Below, piece after piece: positions 38,255 through 51,157 of a stretch of DNA of 64,000 nt (positions are counted from its first letter, which is position 1; each line of letters opens with the position of its first letter). The notes below the pieces were generated by a model, which was not told the DNA's origin, did not search any database, and was given only the letters and a program-made list of their open reading frames with translations. The translations under genes were made by a program, and so were the position numbers. Origin of the DNA: Sphyrna mokarran (lineage: Eukaryota); assembly GCA_024679065.1 (NCBI GenBank), contig JAGIQG010000002.1, positions 65,906,001-65,970,000 of the forward strand. The letters are read 5' to 3'.

Positions 38255-40680
38255 ACAGTGAATAACTCAGCACAGGAAACACACCTAACGAGCCCACGCC
38301 ACCATTTTAACATTCCCACTTCTACCCATGACCCTTGTCTATGTTTATGGAAATCTGTATTGGAACTTAATTGGGGAGCACATCTTTGGGATGTGGGAGC
38401 ACCCAGAGAAAACCCACGCAAGCACACGGAGAATGTGCAATCTTCCACAGATACCGGCCCAAATCCCTGTATCTGCACAGCAACAATGATAGCCACTGAG
38501 CTGTTGTGTTGCCTATCAACTGGTCCAGTTTAAGCATACACTAATGATGTGAAGCACAAGGCTACTCTCTCAAAATCCAAGAGCAGCCCTCTCATGACCC
38601 ATTGCGTGTATGCTCCTTGTTGGACAACAAGGCGGACCGAAGTACCTGTAATAAAAGAGAAATAAGTCAATAACATGGACAACTTATGCAATTCTCAGGA
38701 ATGTCCCAAGGCTTATGATCCCTATTTAAATCAGTCTTCTATATCTTTCCATCCCTATTCCACTCATATGCCTAAGTACCTCTTAAATAACTCCAGCATG
38801 CCTGCCTCCACCACCTCACTTGGCAGTGCATTCCATACTCCCACAACCCTCTGTGCGAAAAACCTCCCTCTAACATCCAAATTATACCTTGCCCCCTCAC
38901 CCTAAGCCCATGACCCCTCGTGATATTTGATTCCAACCTAGGAAAAAGCTTACCACTGTTCACTCTATCTATACTCTATCTATACCTTTCATAATCTTGT
39001 ACAACTCTATTAGATCTCCTCTCAGTCTCCGTCTTTCTAAAGAAAACAGCCCGAATTTGCATACCCTTTCTCGTAACCCAGTCCTTCCATGCCAGGCAGC
39101 ATCCTGGTAAACCTCCTCTGCACTCTCTTCAGGGTCTCCACGTCCTTCTGGTAGTAGGGCGACCAGAACTGGACGCAGTATTCCAAATGAGGTCTAACCA
39201 ATGTTCTATACAACTGCAACATTAAATGCCAGCTCTTCCACTCTATACCCTTTCCTATAAAGGCTAGCATACTATAAACTTTCTTCACAACCTTCTTCAC
39301 CTGTTCTGCCACCTTCAGAGACTTGTTCACCTGCACCCCCAGGTCCCTCTGTGTTTCTATACTCTCAATAAGTCTACCCTTTATCATATCACTCTCCCCT
39401 ACATTCTTTCTCCCGAAATATATCACCTCGCATTTGCCAGGATTAAATTCCATCTGCCATATATCTGCCCAATCTATCAGCCTATCTATGTCCTGTTGTA
39501 TTGCCCAACATTGCTCCTCGCTATCCGCAAGTCCAGCCATCTTTGTGTCATCTGCAAACTTGCTGATCACTCCACTTACTCCCTCTTCCAAGTCATTTAT
39601 ATAAATAACAAATAGAAGAGGTCCCAGTACTGAGCCCTGCAGCACATCAGTAGTGACCGACCTCCAGCTAGAAAAACATCCTTCCACTACTACTCTGTCT
39701 CCTATTACCAAGCCAATTATTTATCCATCTAGATACCTGTCCTTGTATTCCATTAGTCTTGACCTTTTTAACTAACTTCCCACGAGGGACTTTGTCAAAG
39801 CCTTACTGAAATCCGTATAGACGACATCAACGGCTCGCCCTTTGTCCACTGTTTTTGTCACCTTCTCAAAAAATTCTACCAGATTTGTAAGGCACGACAT
39901 CCCTTTAACAAAGCCATGCTGCGTATCCCTAATCAGATCGTAACTCTCTAACTGCCTATATATCCTACCTCTAAGAATCCCCTCCAACAGCTTCCCTACC
40001 ACTGACGTCAAACTCACCTGCCTACAATTTCCAGGGTTATCCCTACTACCCTTTTTAAACAATGGTACAACATTAGCTATTCTCTAGTCCTCTGGGACCT
40101 CACCTGTGTCCAAAGAAGAGACAAAGATTTGTGTCAGAGGCCCAGCAATTTCACCTCGTGCCTTCCTAAGCAGCCTAGGATAAATGCCATCAGGCCCTGG
40201 AGATTTATCAGTTTTAATGCTACCTAGAAGCTCTAACACTTCCTCCCTTGCAATGGATATTTCCCTCAACTGGTCTTCAGTTCCGTCCAAGACAGTACCG
40301 GTCAACAAACCCCTCTGCTTTGTGAATACTGATGCAAAGTATTCATTCAGGATCTCCCCCATTCCCTCAGACTCTAAGCACAGTTCCCCTCCTCTGTCCC
40401 TAAGAGGACTGATTTTTCCTCTAACCATCCTTTTATTTTTAACATAGGTGTAAAAAGCCTTTGGATTTTCCTTAATCCTGTCCGCCGAAACCATTTCATG
40501 CCCCCTTTTTGCCCTTCTAACTCCTCGTTTGAGCTCTCTCCTACTCTCTCTATATTCTTTCAATGCTCTCTCCATTCCCAGTTGCTTAGACCTAACATAC
40601 ACCTCTCTTTGCTTCCTAAACCAAGTCCTCAATATCCCTAGTAATCCACTGCTCTCTAATCCTACGTTACCCATCCTTTC
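38255..40680 (-). mobile_element. CR1 LINE (5'-truncated) with extended chimeric 3' region
   Basis: RT ORFs 39037-39711 (QGSVLGPLLFVIYIND, KFADD), 39772-40062 and 40084-40674; 3' region contains a V core. Confidence 0.92.
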
Positions 40681-41639
40681 TGAGAATAATTAATCAAATT
40701 AGAAAATGCTCCTTGCAATGAAACAGCAGATTACTTTCAAATTAGTATTTTGATATGGAAACCAAACACCCATCAGCTGACTACTTTATGAAATGTCTTT
40801 ATTTGGTTCACACGAGTGGCTTTGAGCTTCCAGTCACACATTGTTTTAATTCTAAGCCCTTTTCCCACTTTGACATTATTGTCCTTGACCTGCAGAAGCA
40901 TTCCAATGAAGTTCAATGCAAGTTCAAGGAACAACTTTATCTTTCGACTAGGCACGTTACAGCTTTCCGGTTCAATGTCATATTCAGCAATTTTAGATTG
41001 TAATCTCTTCCGTTTTATATCCATTTGTTGTTAGTTTTGTTTTCTCTTTGTGCTTTTGTATTTTCCCAGATGACAACTGTTTATAATTCTCCATTCATAT
41101 CTCCTGTAGGCCTGTAATTTGTTTCTTTCCTTGTTCCATTGCTGCTTCATTTGGCCTTGCACTATGAGCTCTTTTATGAGTTTGTTTCTCCTGCCTTCCA
41201 CTCTATGACATAACTTCCCTTTTGTCCTTTTTAATCCTCTTTTCCCAACCCCATCCCTGACTTGACTTGCTTAAAATCTAAATTGTGTCGTATCTAACAG
41301 GACATAGACCTGAAACATTAGCACTATTTCTCTATTCACAGATGCTATTAGATCAGCTGTGTATTTTCAGCACGTTTTTTTTCTTATTCCAGATTCCAGG
41401 CATGTGCAGTAGTTACTTTGGTTCAAAAAGACCACACAACTGCATTTATATAATGCCTTTCATAATCGCTGGATGCCTCTGCTTTAGTTTTAAAGAACGC
41501 TAATGAAGAGTCATCCTGATTCAAAATGTTGACTCAATTCTCTCTCCACAGATTCTGTCAGACCTGCTGAGATTTTCTAGCATTTTCTGTTTTTATTTCA
41601 GATTCCAACGTCCGCAGTAATTTGCTTTTATACTTTTAA

Positions 41640-41970
41640 AGAATAGTCACTTGTGTAAAACAAAATGTGACAGTTAATTTGTTAACAGCAAGCTTCCTCA
41701 AACAGCATTGTGATAATAATCACTATTTATTTATTTATGTGGTGCTGAGGGATGAAGATTGGTGAGGACACTAATGATAATTTGGATCTTTTGCATTTAC
41801 CTGAAAGAGCAGGCAAGTCTTCATTCTAACATCGCAACTGAAAGCTAGCCCTTCCGACAGTATAGCACTGAAGTCTTGACCTTGATTTTTGTGCTGAATT
41901 CTTCAAATGTGTCTTGAACCCACTTCCTTGTGAGTCAAGTGAGAGTGCTAGCAATTGAACCACAGCAGAT
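41640..41970 (-). mobile_element. Deu-domain tRNA-SINE (SacSINE1-like)
   Basis: Reverse complement gctgtggttcaattgctagcactctc...gtgggttcaag...cagcacaaaaatcaagg core. Confidence 0.6.
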
Positions 41971-42814
41971 ATGCTGCATTGGGTGGTGATCTGCTCCAAA
42001 AGGTAGATTCTGCATAGCATTTTTGGAATTAGAGTGATCTCCTGGATTTGTTTTAAATTTCTAAAAAGATCTCTGAGAAATTTTTCAGTTTTAGTCTAGG
42101 CTTTAGTCTGTTCTTTGATTTCTCCCAACAGATTACGTAACTTTTGAGTTTGGTAGCTTGGGGAATGTACATATTATGATACTGAATGAAAAAAAGTGCC
42201 TTATCAGCCTAGGTCAAAATTCAGACTAAATTTCTTCCATCATGTCACGTGTGTTCTGTCTGGAGGTGTGTCCTTGACTCATTGTCTACTAATGTTTCAT
42301 CTGGAGATCTTTCCTTGGCAGGTTTTGCCTGTAGTGATTTGCCATTATCTTTCATTCTCAAGGGCAGGCTGGGAGATAAGTGCCAAGTTTACCCCTACAG
42401 AATAGGAATTGAATCCATATTGTTGCTGTTATTCTGAACAATGTGCTAGTTCTCTCGCCAACTGAGTTAACTAACCTCTTATTAAATTTCTTATGAAGGA
42501 TATAGTGAAAGTAATAAAATTCAACATGAACATATATAGGAGAAACTACACTAGTTATTTCAGTCTATTCCTCAGATAAAAACATAGAAAATAGGAGCAC
42601 AGATCTATCAAAAATTCATCTCTGGGACAAAAGTGATACCCAGGTTACAAATTATCAAATTCGGCCTCTTATAGTTGCCAGGAAAGATAGGAGCCATTGT
42701 ATTGGAGTTGAAGTTTGTTAAAGGGATGGTAGATTATAGTTTTGGTCTTCTGTAGAAATGTTGAAATTAGGAACGGGAGATGCCATTCAGCCCTCTGAGC
42801 CTGCTTCATCATTC

Positions 42815-43060
42815 AAACAACAAAGAGCAAAGAAACAGGCACTTCGGTCTTACAAGCCCGTGCAGCCCATTTTAACACTCAGTGAGTGCCTTATTCAATT
42901 CTTTCTTCGACCAACGACAGTTTTATTTACGTCTAGTGGACTCCACAAAAAAAGGGTGCAAATTTAGGGAATTATATGTTCGCCACATTAAGGGAGATCC
43001 AATTTAGGGACAATTTATGGACACCAATCAGCCTAAAAAGCACGTTTTTGGAGTGTGGGT
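42815..43060 (-). mobile_element. 3' end of the CR1/V-domain chimeric family
   Basis: aaacaggcacttcgg...agggacaattt...ccaatcagcctaaaaagcacgtttttggagtgtggg, homologous to 51160-51320. Confidence 0.65.
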
Positions 43061-43109
43061 GTGTATTTCCAGCATTTTTTTTCTTATTTCAGACTTCCAG
43101 CATCTGCAG

Positions 43110-44620
43110 TAGAATATCCTTCCTCAGATAAGGGGACCAAAACTGTACACAGTATTCCAGATGTGGCCTCAGCAAGACCCTGTATAATTGCAACAACAGT
43201 AAGAAGTCTCACAACACCAGGTTAAAATCTGACAGGTTTATTTGGCAGCACAAGTCACTAGCTTTTGGAGTGCTGCTTCTTCAGCAAGTGAGTGGGAATT
43301 CCTTGTTCCCAAACTCTGTCAAGACATTACTGCTCCTGCAATTGAATCCTTTTGCTATGAAGACCAATATCACATTTGCCATTTTTACTGCCTGCTAACC
43401 TGAATGCTTATCTTCAATGACTGATGTATGAGGACACCCAGGTCCTGTTGCACATTTCACACTCTGAATCTAAAGCTATTCAGATAGTAATCCGCCTTCC
43501 TGATTTTAATGCCAAAATGGATAAACTCATTTATCCAAATTGTATTGCATCCATTCAACTTGTCCAAATCACACTGAAGGATCTCTGCACCCGTCTCACT
43601 GCTTACCCTCCCACCTGGCTTTGTGTGATTTGTACATTTAGCAATGTTACATTTAATTCCCTCATGAATCTTTAATATATGTGGAATAGCTGAGGACTCG
43701 GCACTGATCCGTGTGGTACCCATGTAGTCACTGCGTGCCATTTGTAAGAATGTTTATTCCGACTCTGTTTCCTGTCTGCCAGCCAGTTTTCTACCCATTT
43801 TAATGCACTACCCCAAACCCCATGCACTTTAATTTTACATTAATTTCTTATGTAGGAGCTTTGTTGACAGCTCTCTGCAAATCCAAATAAACCACATCCT
43901 CTGGCTCCCCCTCATCAACTACATTAGTTCCACCCTCAAAGAATTCCAGTGGATTTGTCAAGCATAATTTCATAAATCCATGCTGTGTCTAACTGATACT
44001 GCCACTGTTTTCCAAGTGTTTTGCTATAAAATCTTTGATAACAGATACTAGAAATTTTCCCATTATCGATATCAGGCAGACTGGTCTGTAATTCTGTGTT
44101 TCTCTCTAACTCCCTTTTTAAATAGGGGGGGGGTTACATTAACTGTCCTCCAATCTATAGGAACTGATCCAGACTCTATAGAGTCTGAGAAGATGACCAC
44201 CAATGCATCCACTATTTCTCGAGCCATTTCTTTAAATACTATGGGAGATAGCAGTGCTAACAACTATGTTGCCCTATAGTTGTCTTCACTAACCTTTCCC
44301 TTATATACCTACAGAAACTTTTACAGTTGGTTTTAATGTTCTCTGCAAGTTTATCCTCGTACTTTATTTCCCCTTCTTAATCAATCTCTTGGTCCTCTTT
44401 TGCTGAATTCTAAACAGCTCCCAATCCTCAGGTCCATTGTCTTTCTTGGCCAATTTGTATGTCTTTTCCTTGGATTTAATACTATCTCTAATTTCCCTTT
44501 TAAACCATGATCACCTTTCCTGTTTTACTTTGTGTCAGATAAGTTTAAATGATTGTTGCAATTCACCCATGTGTTCCTTGTATAGTTGCCATTGCCTATC
44601 CACTGTCATCCCTTTAAGTC
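43110..44620 (-). mobile_element. CR1 LINE ORF2 remnant (Penelope arm inserted at ~43199-43310)
   Basis: EMAREIVDALVVIFSDSIESGSVPIDWRTVNVTP and [14 protein letters not shown] motifs. Confidence 0.8.
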
Positions 44621-44799
44621 CACTGTCATCCACAATGCCTGCTGAGTGGAGGCATGAGGAGGCACTGTGGCCCTGAGAATCGAAAGTGGCGAGAGTGTGA
44701 GGAAGAGTGTGAAACTCAGTAGTGACAGTGTATATTCAGAAAATGTAAAAGAAAACCAACATGGTAGCATATAGATGACTGGTCAATGAATATTACAGT

Positions 44800-45950
44800 C
44801 TTATTGTACTCTTTCAGCTAGGGAAGTGAGTTAAACTCAAAGCTGAGAAAGTCTAAATTGCTCTGTCCATGCCATGTGTGGATTAGACTGAATGCTGTCC
44901 AATGTATTTAATGGGAATTATAGCCAGACAACTCTGCTGTTGGGTTGATAATGAGATGATAATTCATTGTGCTGCACGTGTCTCATGGATCCATTGGATT
45001 TCTATCAGCTACAAAAATTTTAGGAATTGTTTTGCAGCAGTTTTAGGCACTTTCTTCAAGTCTATGTGAAAGTGAAGGTCTGAGATGCTTTTTCCACTTC
45101 ATGGAGCATAATGACATTGCCAAATTTGCCGTTTGCCACATTATGGGAAAGCACTGAGGGCCACCCAGATGGAATGTATTTAAACATCACCGATACCAAT
45201 CTCATTGCAGCCTTTAGCTGCATGTTCAAAATCTTTGTGTGATAGCTGCAGGACCATAAGACAGAGTAGCATTCTGCGTCAAAGTAAACCACAGTCGCTG
45301 TTGTAGTACACAGTCTTCTGGCACCCCCATGATGTTCCAACGAGTTTTTAGACTGGGTTCACTCACCTTGGTTTTTATTTTATGGGTGGCATTGATGAGG
45401 TGAGGCTAGTAGGTGAAACTACAGCCCAGGGTAGACCAGCCGTTTTGGGTGGGGGTCATGGATAAGTCACCATGAGGAAATATTGAGTTCTTTCCCAATG
45501 GTATTATTGTTTGGATGGAATGACAATGTATCTTCTTGGAATTGCAGCAGAGGCACTGGTTGTGAAGGCAGCATTCCGGGTAAGTCCTGGTCACCTGTGA
45601 TAGTTCCACTTGCTTCCTCTAGTGCTGGTCTAGCACTGCTGCAATGTCACTGACAGACAAATTTTCAGGATTTAGTGCCAGGCAACTCAGCTGTATAGAT
45701 CTTGGAAAAACCAGCCATTCTTCCAGCAATTTACCATCCTGTCAGCCTTCTGTCTATAGTCTACAAGTTGGTCAATTGGTTATCAATTTGGTAAAACTGG
45801 TTAAACTTGATAAAACAAGTCACACTCTCAAATGAGCAGGCAGGCTTCAGCAAAGGAAGCAGCTGCTCTGCCCAGGATATAATAATGTCTGCCAAGATGG
45901 TTCCAGGAACAGTAAAGGACTGGAGCTGCCTTCCTTGATTCATCAGTTGC
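44800..45950 (-). mobile_element. Ingi/Vingi-like (I-group) LINE remnant
   Basis: ORF 45062-45340 VVYFDAECYSVLWSCSYHT..LNMQLKAAMRLVS...IPSGWPSVLSH resembles the LVYSAAEYCAPVW...QLN..MR.ISG...WLPVLSN RT C-terminus. Confidence 0.55.
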
Positions 45951-47869
45951 ATCTAACACTATCTGCTATGAGGACCTGCTATTGAATCATTCCATAATGC
46001 AAAACTCTTGGATTCCCAATTAAATGTTACTTGCACTTTGTGGGGGGTATTATTAAAGTGATGTAATTCTAGCATGGTTAGGCTGAAACTTGACTCACAC
46101 TGGGTTACCAGGACCTGGTGTCATTGTAAGCCCTTAGAGGGGAATCAGCCTTTTAAAAAGTTATTTCACTTCGAAAATAATTTTGACTGCTTATTTCCAT
46201 AAGAAAGTTTTCATGCCATATTTTAGGTATTAGTTAAACTCATTGGACTGTGTTTATTTGAAATGTGTCCTTAGTAACAGATGTTCTGTTCCAAAACCAT
46301 TTTCATGTAATTCTTTTAATGGCTTACTGTGTTCCTTTGTCACTATTTTGGCACATCAAACCAAATGATTGTGGCCAGAATTTAGAAACGAGTTGGTGCA
46401 AACTAACTGAAGGTTTCAGTCAGACCTCATGATATTTGAGCATTTCTGGAGCTTTTAAAGAAACTGGACAAATTTCACATCCTTCATTAATTCAAAAATA
46501 ATGATGGGAGCTCAGTTTATTTCCTTCTGCTTCGTGCAATTTTAGTCAGGCAATAGCCAACTATATATAAAAAAATGTTTTGGACTTTGATGAGAGCCTC
46601 TTTTGTCCTGCAGTTTGCATGTCCTTTAAACAAAGTATGATATTTTTGCCTCCTGGAATGACTTGGAATATAACATACAATTTTTATGAGGTGTATTTGC
46701 AAATAACAACTTTCAAACAGATTGCATTAGCAGCCAGTAGAAAGTTGCTTTTTACAACTTGCAGCCTTTCTTGGGCTTGTTAGTTCCCGACATAGGAGTG
46801 AGGGGATTTGCCAACAAGAATAATTTCTACCAGAGACTGTTACTCAGAAACTGCAGAAAATGACTACAAGAATGTCATGTCTCCTAGATGAATTTCTAAT
46901 AATCTTATCTTACATTGAAAGCATAGTCTCAGCAATGCATCGTACATCTTTGTTATTTTCTCTTCCTCCTGCTCCTTCTAGATCAAGTACAACAGAGACC
47001 CCAGCATTTCAGGAGGTTACAGGCACTGATCCAGTCCTTAGCATCAACTTAGACACTGGAAACACAAATAATTCATTTCAAAAAGCTCAACCAGAAAAAT
47101 TACCCTGGAGGTAATAGGAGAGGAAATGGGGAAGATTTGGCCAGGCTGTGGACAGACTTTAAGATGACATTATTGCTGGAATTTTATTAAAGGCTGGCTT
47201 GTCCCATAGCTGAGACCAAAAACAGGATCCAAGCCAACCAGAATAGATGACACGTCCCTGAGTTGCATTTTATCGATGGTAAGCAAATTAAGGGCAGTGC
47301 CGGGAGTGACACCCAATTGAGAATGGAAGCTCATGTCCCAGAACTGCAGACCCAATCAGAGCACAATCCGCTTGGCAGCATCGACAGCGCCACTGATAGA
47401 AGTAACCACTGCTGAGGCTGCAGGAAGAAGATAACACACTCCAATATTGAGGCTCCTTCCAAGGCCAGGTAAGCTTCTAATGTAATGTACTGAGTCCTGG
47501 CAGGTAGGACCCATCAACTAGAGGGGTGAATCCACCAGCACTGTTAATGGAGATGCAGGGTGTCCATTGCCAGCAGGATGCTCCTTCCCGGGACATGAGG
47601 CAACAAGGAAGTCTCTTCCTCCTTCACCCCACCCCCAGGAGTTGCTGAATGGTCACCAGGATTTACACGTTAGTCTATCCTGTGCTCTGACGGCCTCCCA
47701 GCATCAGCGAAATGCCACCAGGAGGAGGAAGTGGTCCTTAACTAAATTTTAATTGGCTACTTCATGCTGAGTTCCTGCTGCTAAAGGCTGTCATCTATAA
47801 TATTGAGAACCTCAAGAGGAGGGTGAAATGGATCATCTGCTTATCACTTTTGGCTGAAGTGTAGGGTAG

Positions 47870-48135
47870 GGGAGTTTAAAACAAGAGGGGAGAAATACAA
47901 AAGAGTCCAAAGGGGCAATTTTTCTACACAGAGGATGGTGAATGTTTGTAACGGGCTGCCAGAAGTAGTAATAGAGGTGGGTACAATTTTGTCTTTTAAA
48001 AAGCATTTAGATAGTTACATGGATAAGATGGGTACAGAGGGATATGAGCCAAACGTGGGCAATTGGGACTAGCTTGAGGTAGCATGGATAAGTTGGGCCA
48101 AAGGGCCTGTTTCCAGTAAATCTCTATGACTCTAT
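47870..48135 (+). mobile_element. CR1 3' end
   Basis: Homologous to 36140-36400; tail ctctatgactctatga. Confidence 0.8.
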
Positions 48136-48993
48136 GAAGATGATTGCAAATGCTTCGATCTTGCAGGGCTGTATGAGATTGAGGCTGTTCATGGGGTCTT
48201 CTTCAGTTGCTTAATTGTCCATCACCATTCATGACTGAATGTGACAGGGCTACAGATCATTGTTTAGTTCTGTCTATATCTTTTGCTTTCTCTGTTTAGC
48301 ATACATATAGGGGGCAACTCTCCCAGCTCCCTGCTCGAGCAGCACAGCAGGCCAGGAGGCATCATTGGAGGCTGTTTTGTGGCGTCCCACTGGGCACCAT
48401 GGCCTCTGCGAAAATCCCAGGCAGACTTCCAGAGTAATCGCTTTGTGCTGGAAACTGGCACAGAGCTGATGACCATATGGAAATCGGGATTTACATTTGA
48501 TTAGATAGTCTGGGACTGAAGTCCAAATGTCAGAGATTCATTTTGGAAAGCACACTAAAAAAACTAATGAGATTTACTCTTATTTTCCCACAAATTGGGG
48601 ACTTAGAATTTTTTGGAGAGAATTACAGCCAAGGTCTTGTGGTTGTAGCTTCAGCAAATCAGCATGTGAAATGATTCCCAGAGAGACTAACAAACCAAAA
48701 GGACTGAATTTACAAGATGACTCCAGTGAGAAAACCAATTGACAAGGTTATTTTTCACTTTTAAAACTTTTATTGTAACAATCAAATGCAGAATCAACAT
48801 AAATTAAACCTGAATAAACAGCAAATTGTATATCAACTATAAATTACACATTAAATGGCAGATAAAAGTAAGACAGTTTTACAATTTTACCCAGTAGTCT
48901 ACTAAAGACATATGCCATCAATGTCAGCCACAAAATATTTCTGAAACACTGCCTTTGTCACAAAGTACTTTGGCTCCTCTTCTTCCAAGATTA

Positions 48994-49198
48994 ATCCCCA
49001 GCTGATGCAATGCACAAGTGTCCTGAGTTCCACTGGTATGTTCTTCATTAAAATGGCACGTCTGCAAGTCCTCCTGAATTCTGTTTACGATGATCCATCA
49101 CGGATAGTTACGATGATCCATTGCTATTTTCAAGTAATGGAAATACCTGCCGCAACTGCATATTTGCCTATTCCTAGCTTCTGGATCCAACCTCCGGC
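48994..49198 (+). repeat. Copy 1 of a near-identical 205-bp direct duplication
   Basis: Matches 50775-50981 except for a 2-bp indel. Confidence 0.95.
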
Positions 49199-50774
49199 TG
49201 CATCAGCCTACCTGCACTGAACCATTGGGATCATTGTCTGACTTTGGATGGCTCTGTCCATCACTGTCGTTTTATCTGATTTCAGACAGTTTCAGTTTCC
49301 CAGAAGCTTTTCAATCTCAGTTTCAGTCGTAGTTTTCCCTAGAAAGTAAATAGTTCAGTGCCCTTTTCAAGTTACTCTTTTAGTTTCAACTTTCAATTTC
49401 TCTTTTCAGTTAGGGTCTGTAGCATAACAGGCTAATAGTTAACGTAATGAGATAGCAATGTGTATCATGATGTAACAGTGACAGTGACAATCATGTGTCA
49501 GAGACTCGGTAGAGCAATGGAATAGCCTGAACACAAGAGATGTACTTACCTAAGAACTCATCATGTATATAGTGTTAGTAAAAATAGTGTTGAACAAACC
49601 TACCTGAGTCTAACCTGAACCACTTATGAATAAAAGGAAACCTTCCCAGTATAGATTAGTCCAGAAAATAACCCACAAAACATGGTAGCAGTGCTGGTGA
49701 CACTAACCTAATGATTTGATCCTGTCAACAAAACACCCACGGAGAGAAATTAGAAAAAGATATTTTAAAAGAATCAGAACACTTACCTACTTAGAATCAG
49801 TCGCACCAATTAAAAACTCACAGCTCTTTCCAAAGCGTTGAAGGCCCTCAGAGAATCCTGAGATATTGAGCAGCATTGTGTTTGCTTGCCAAAGAACAGA
49901 TCCACCAGGTTAACTCATTTTTCTATGCAGTAGGACTTGTTACTGACAATATCCTCCTGAGACAGGGATAGAAGAGACCTTTGGGACTTCAAAATTTTCC
50001 TAAAAGCATTTAATGCATATTTTAGCCTAACATACAACCTCATAATCAAATAAACATTACCTAGACAGGCTGAACCTAGGGGGCAAAATCAGGCTACAAT
50101 CCACTGAGATGCCAAAGTTTTGGATGAGTCTTTTATTAGATAGGTCAAGCCGCAAAATCAGATTGGACATTCTACAATAACCCAGCAGAGTGTTTTCAAT
50201 GCAGAAAGACAGACACTTCAAGCAGTTCCATAAATCTAAACATTTTGTCGAAGAAAGCAAGCAAGGTGATGAATATGAAATCCAAGAAATTGGAAAGTTC
50301 CTCGACAAGAGGTTCTTCTCTTGAGGACAAATAAAGAATCAAGTGTTTTGGTCAGTCACTGTAAAAGTTACAGGTTTTCAAACTGACTTCAAAATTAATA
50401 GCAGAGCTGGTGTTACAATTTTAGCTGCTCATTTGAAAAGCTCAAAACGTTCTGCCACAAACATTTAATTGCAAAGTCCAAGTGGTATGAGTCTTCAACT
50501 GAAAGATCAAATAACAATTACCCTTCACCACATGGGGCAATATATCGTGAAGTCCCTCTGTATTGCCTACAATCATAGCGTTTCTTTACTGAGTAGAGAT
50601 GGATGTATTCTTCTGGAAAAGTAGATGAAGACCTATAGCCTGATATCTTTCATGGAGGATTTTCCAAAGTTGGGTGCAAAACCATTGGATTTTCATTCAA
50701 CTACAGCTGGTGAGATTTATTCATTGGCTAGTCAGTCATTCTCCAAAACAGAGACATCATCCACAAGACTCTGG

Positions 50775-50981
50775 ATCCCCAGCTGATGCAATGCACAAGT
50801 GTCCTGAGTTCCACTGGTATGTTCTTCATTAAAATGGCACATGTCTGCAAGTCCTCCTGAATTCTGTTTACGATGATCCATCACGGATAGTTACGATGAT
50901 CCATTGCTATTTTCAAGTAATGGAAATACCTGCCGCAACTGCATATTTGCCTATTCCTAGCTTCTGGATCCAACCTCCGGC
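50775..50981 (+). repeat. Copy 2 of the near-identical direct duplication
   Basis: Matches 48994-49198 except for a 2-bp indel. Confidence 0.95.
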
Positions 50982-51157
50982 CAGATTGTGGAAGTCACAG
51001 TAGACCAGTAGATGTGGAAACAGAAGGCATTGCAACAGATGGTGATCATCTTCCCGAGGACCTTCTAGGTCTAGATTGGCTCTTTTCTGTAGAAGATTAT
51101 GAGGAAGAAGCTGTTGCAGCAATAATGATTCAATGGAAGATAAGATTTTAGAGATTT

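Larger units (their letters stand above)
35350..41420 (+). mobile_element. Old Penelope-like element split by nested insertions
   Basis: RT pieces (LNNMSFNS...GPGYAYFF, 35590-35690; TEAHNYLDY, 36760-36790) and GIY-YIG C-terminus LPVTHCFNS...NEVQCKFKEQ/FIFRLGTLQLSG (40755-41000). Confidence 0.65.
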
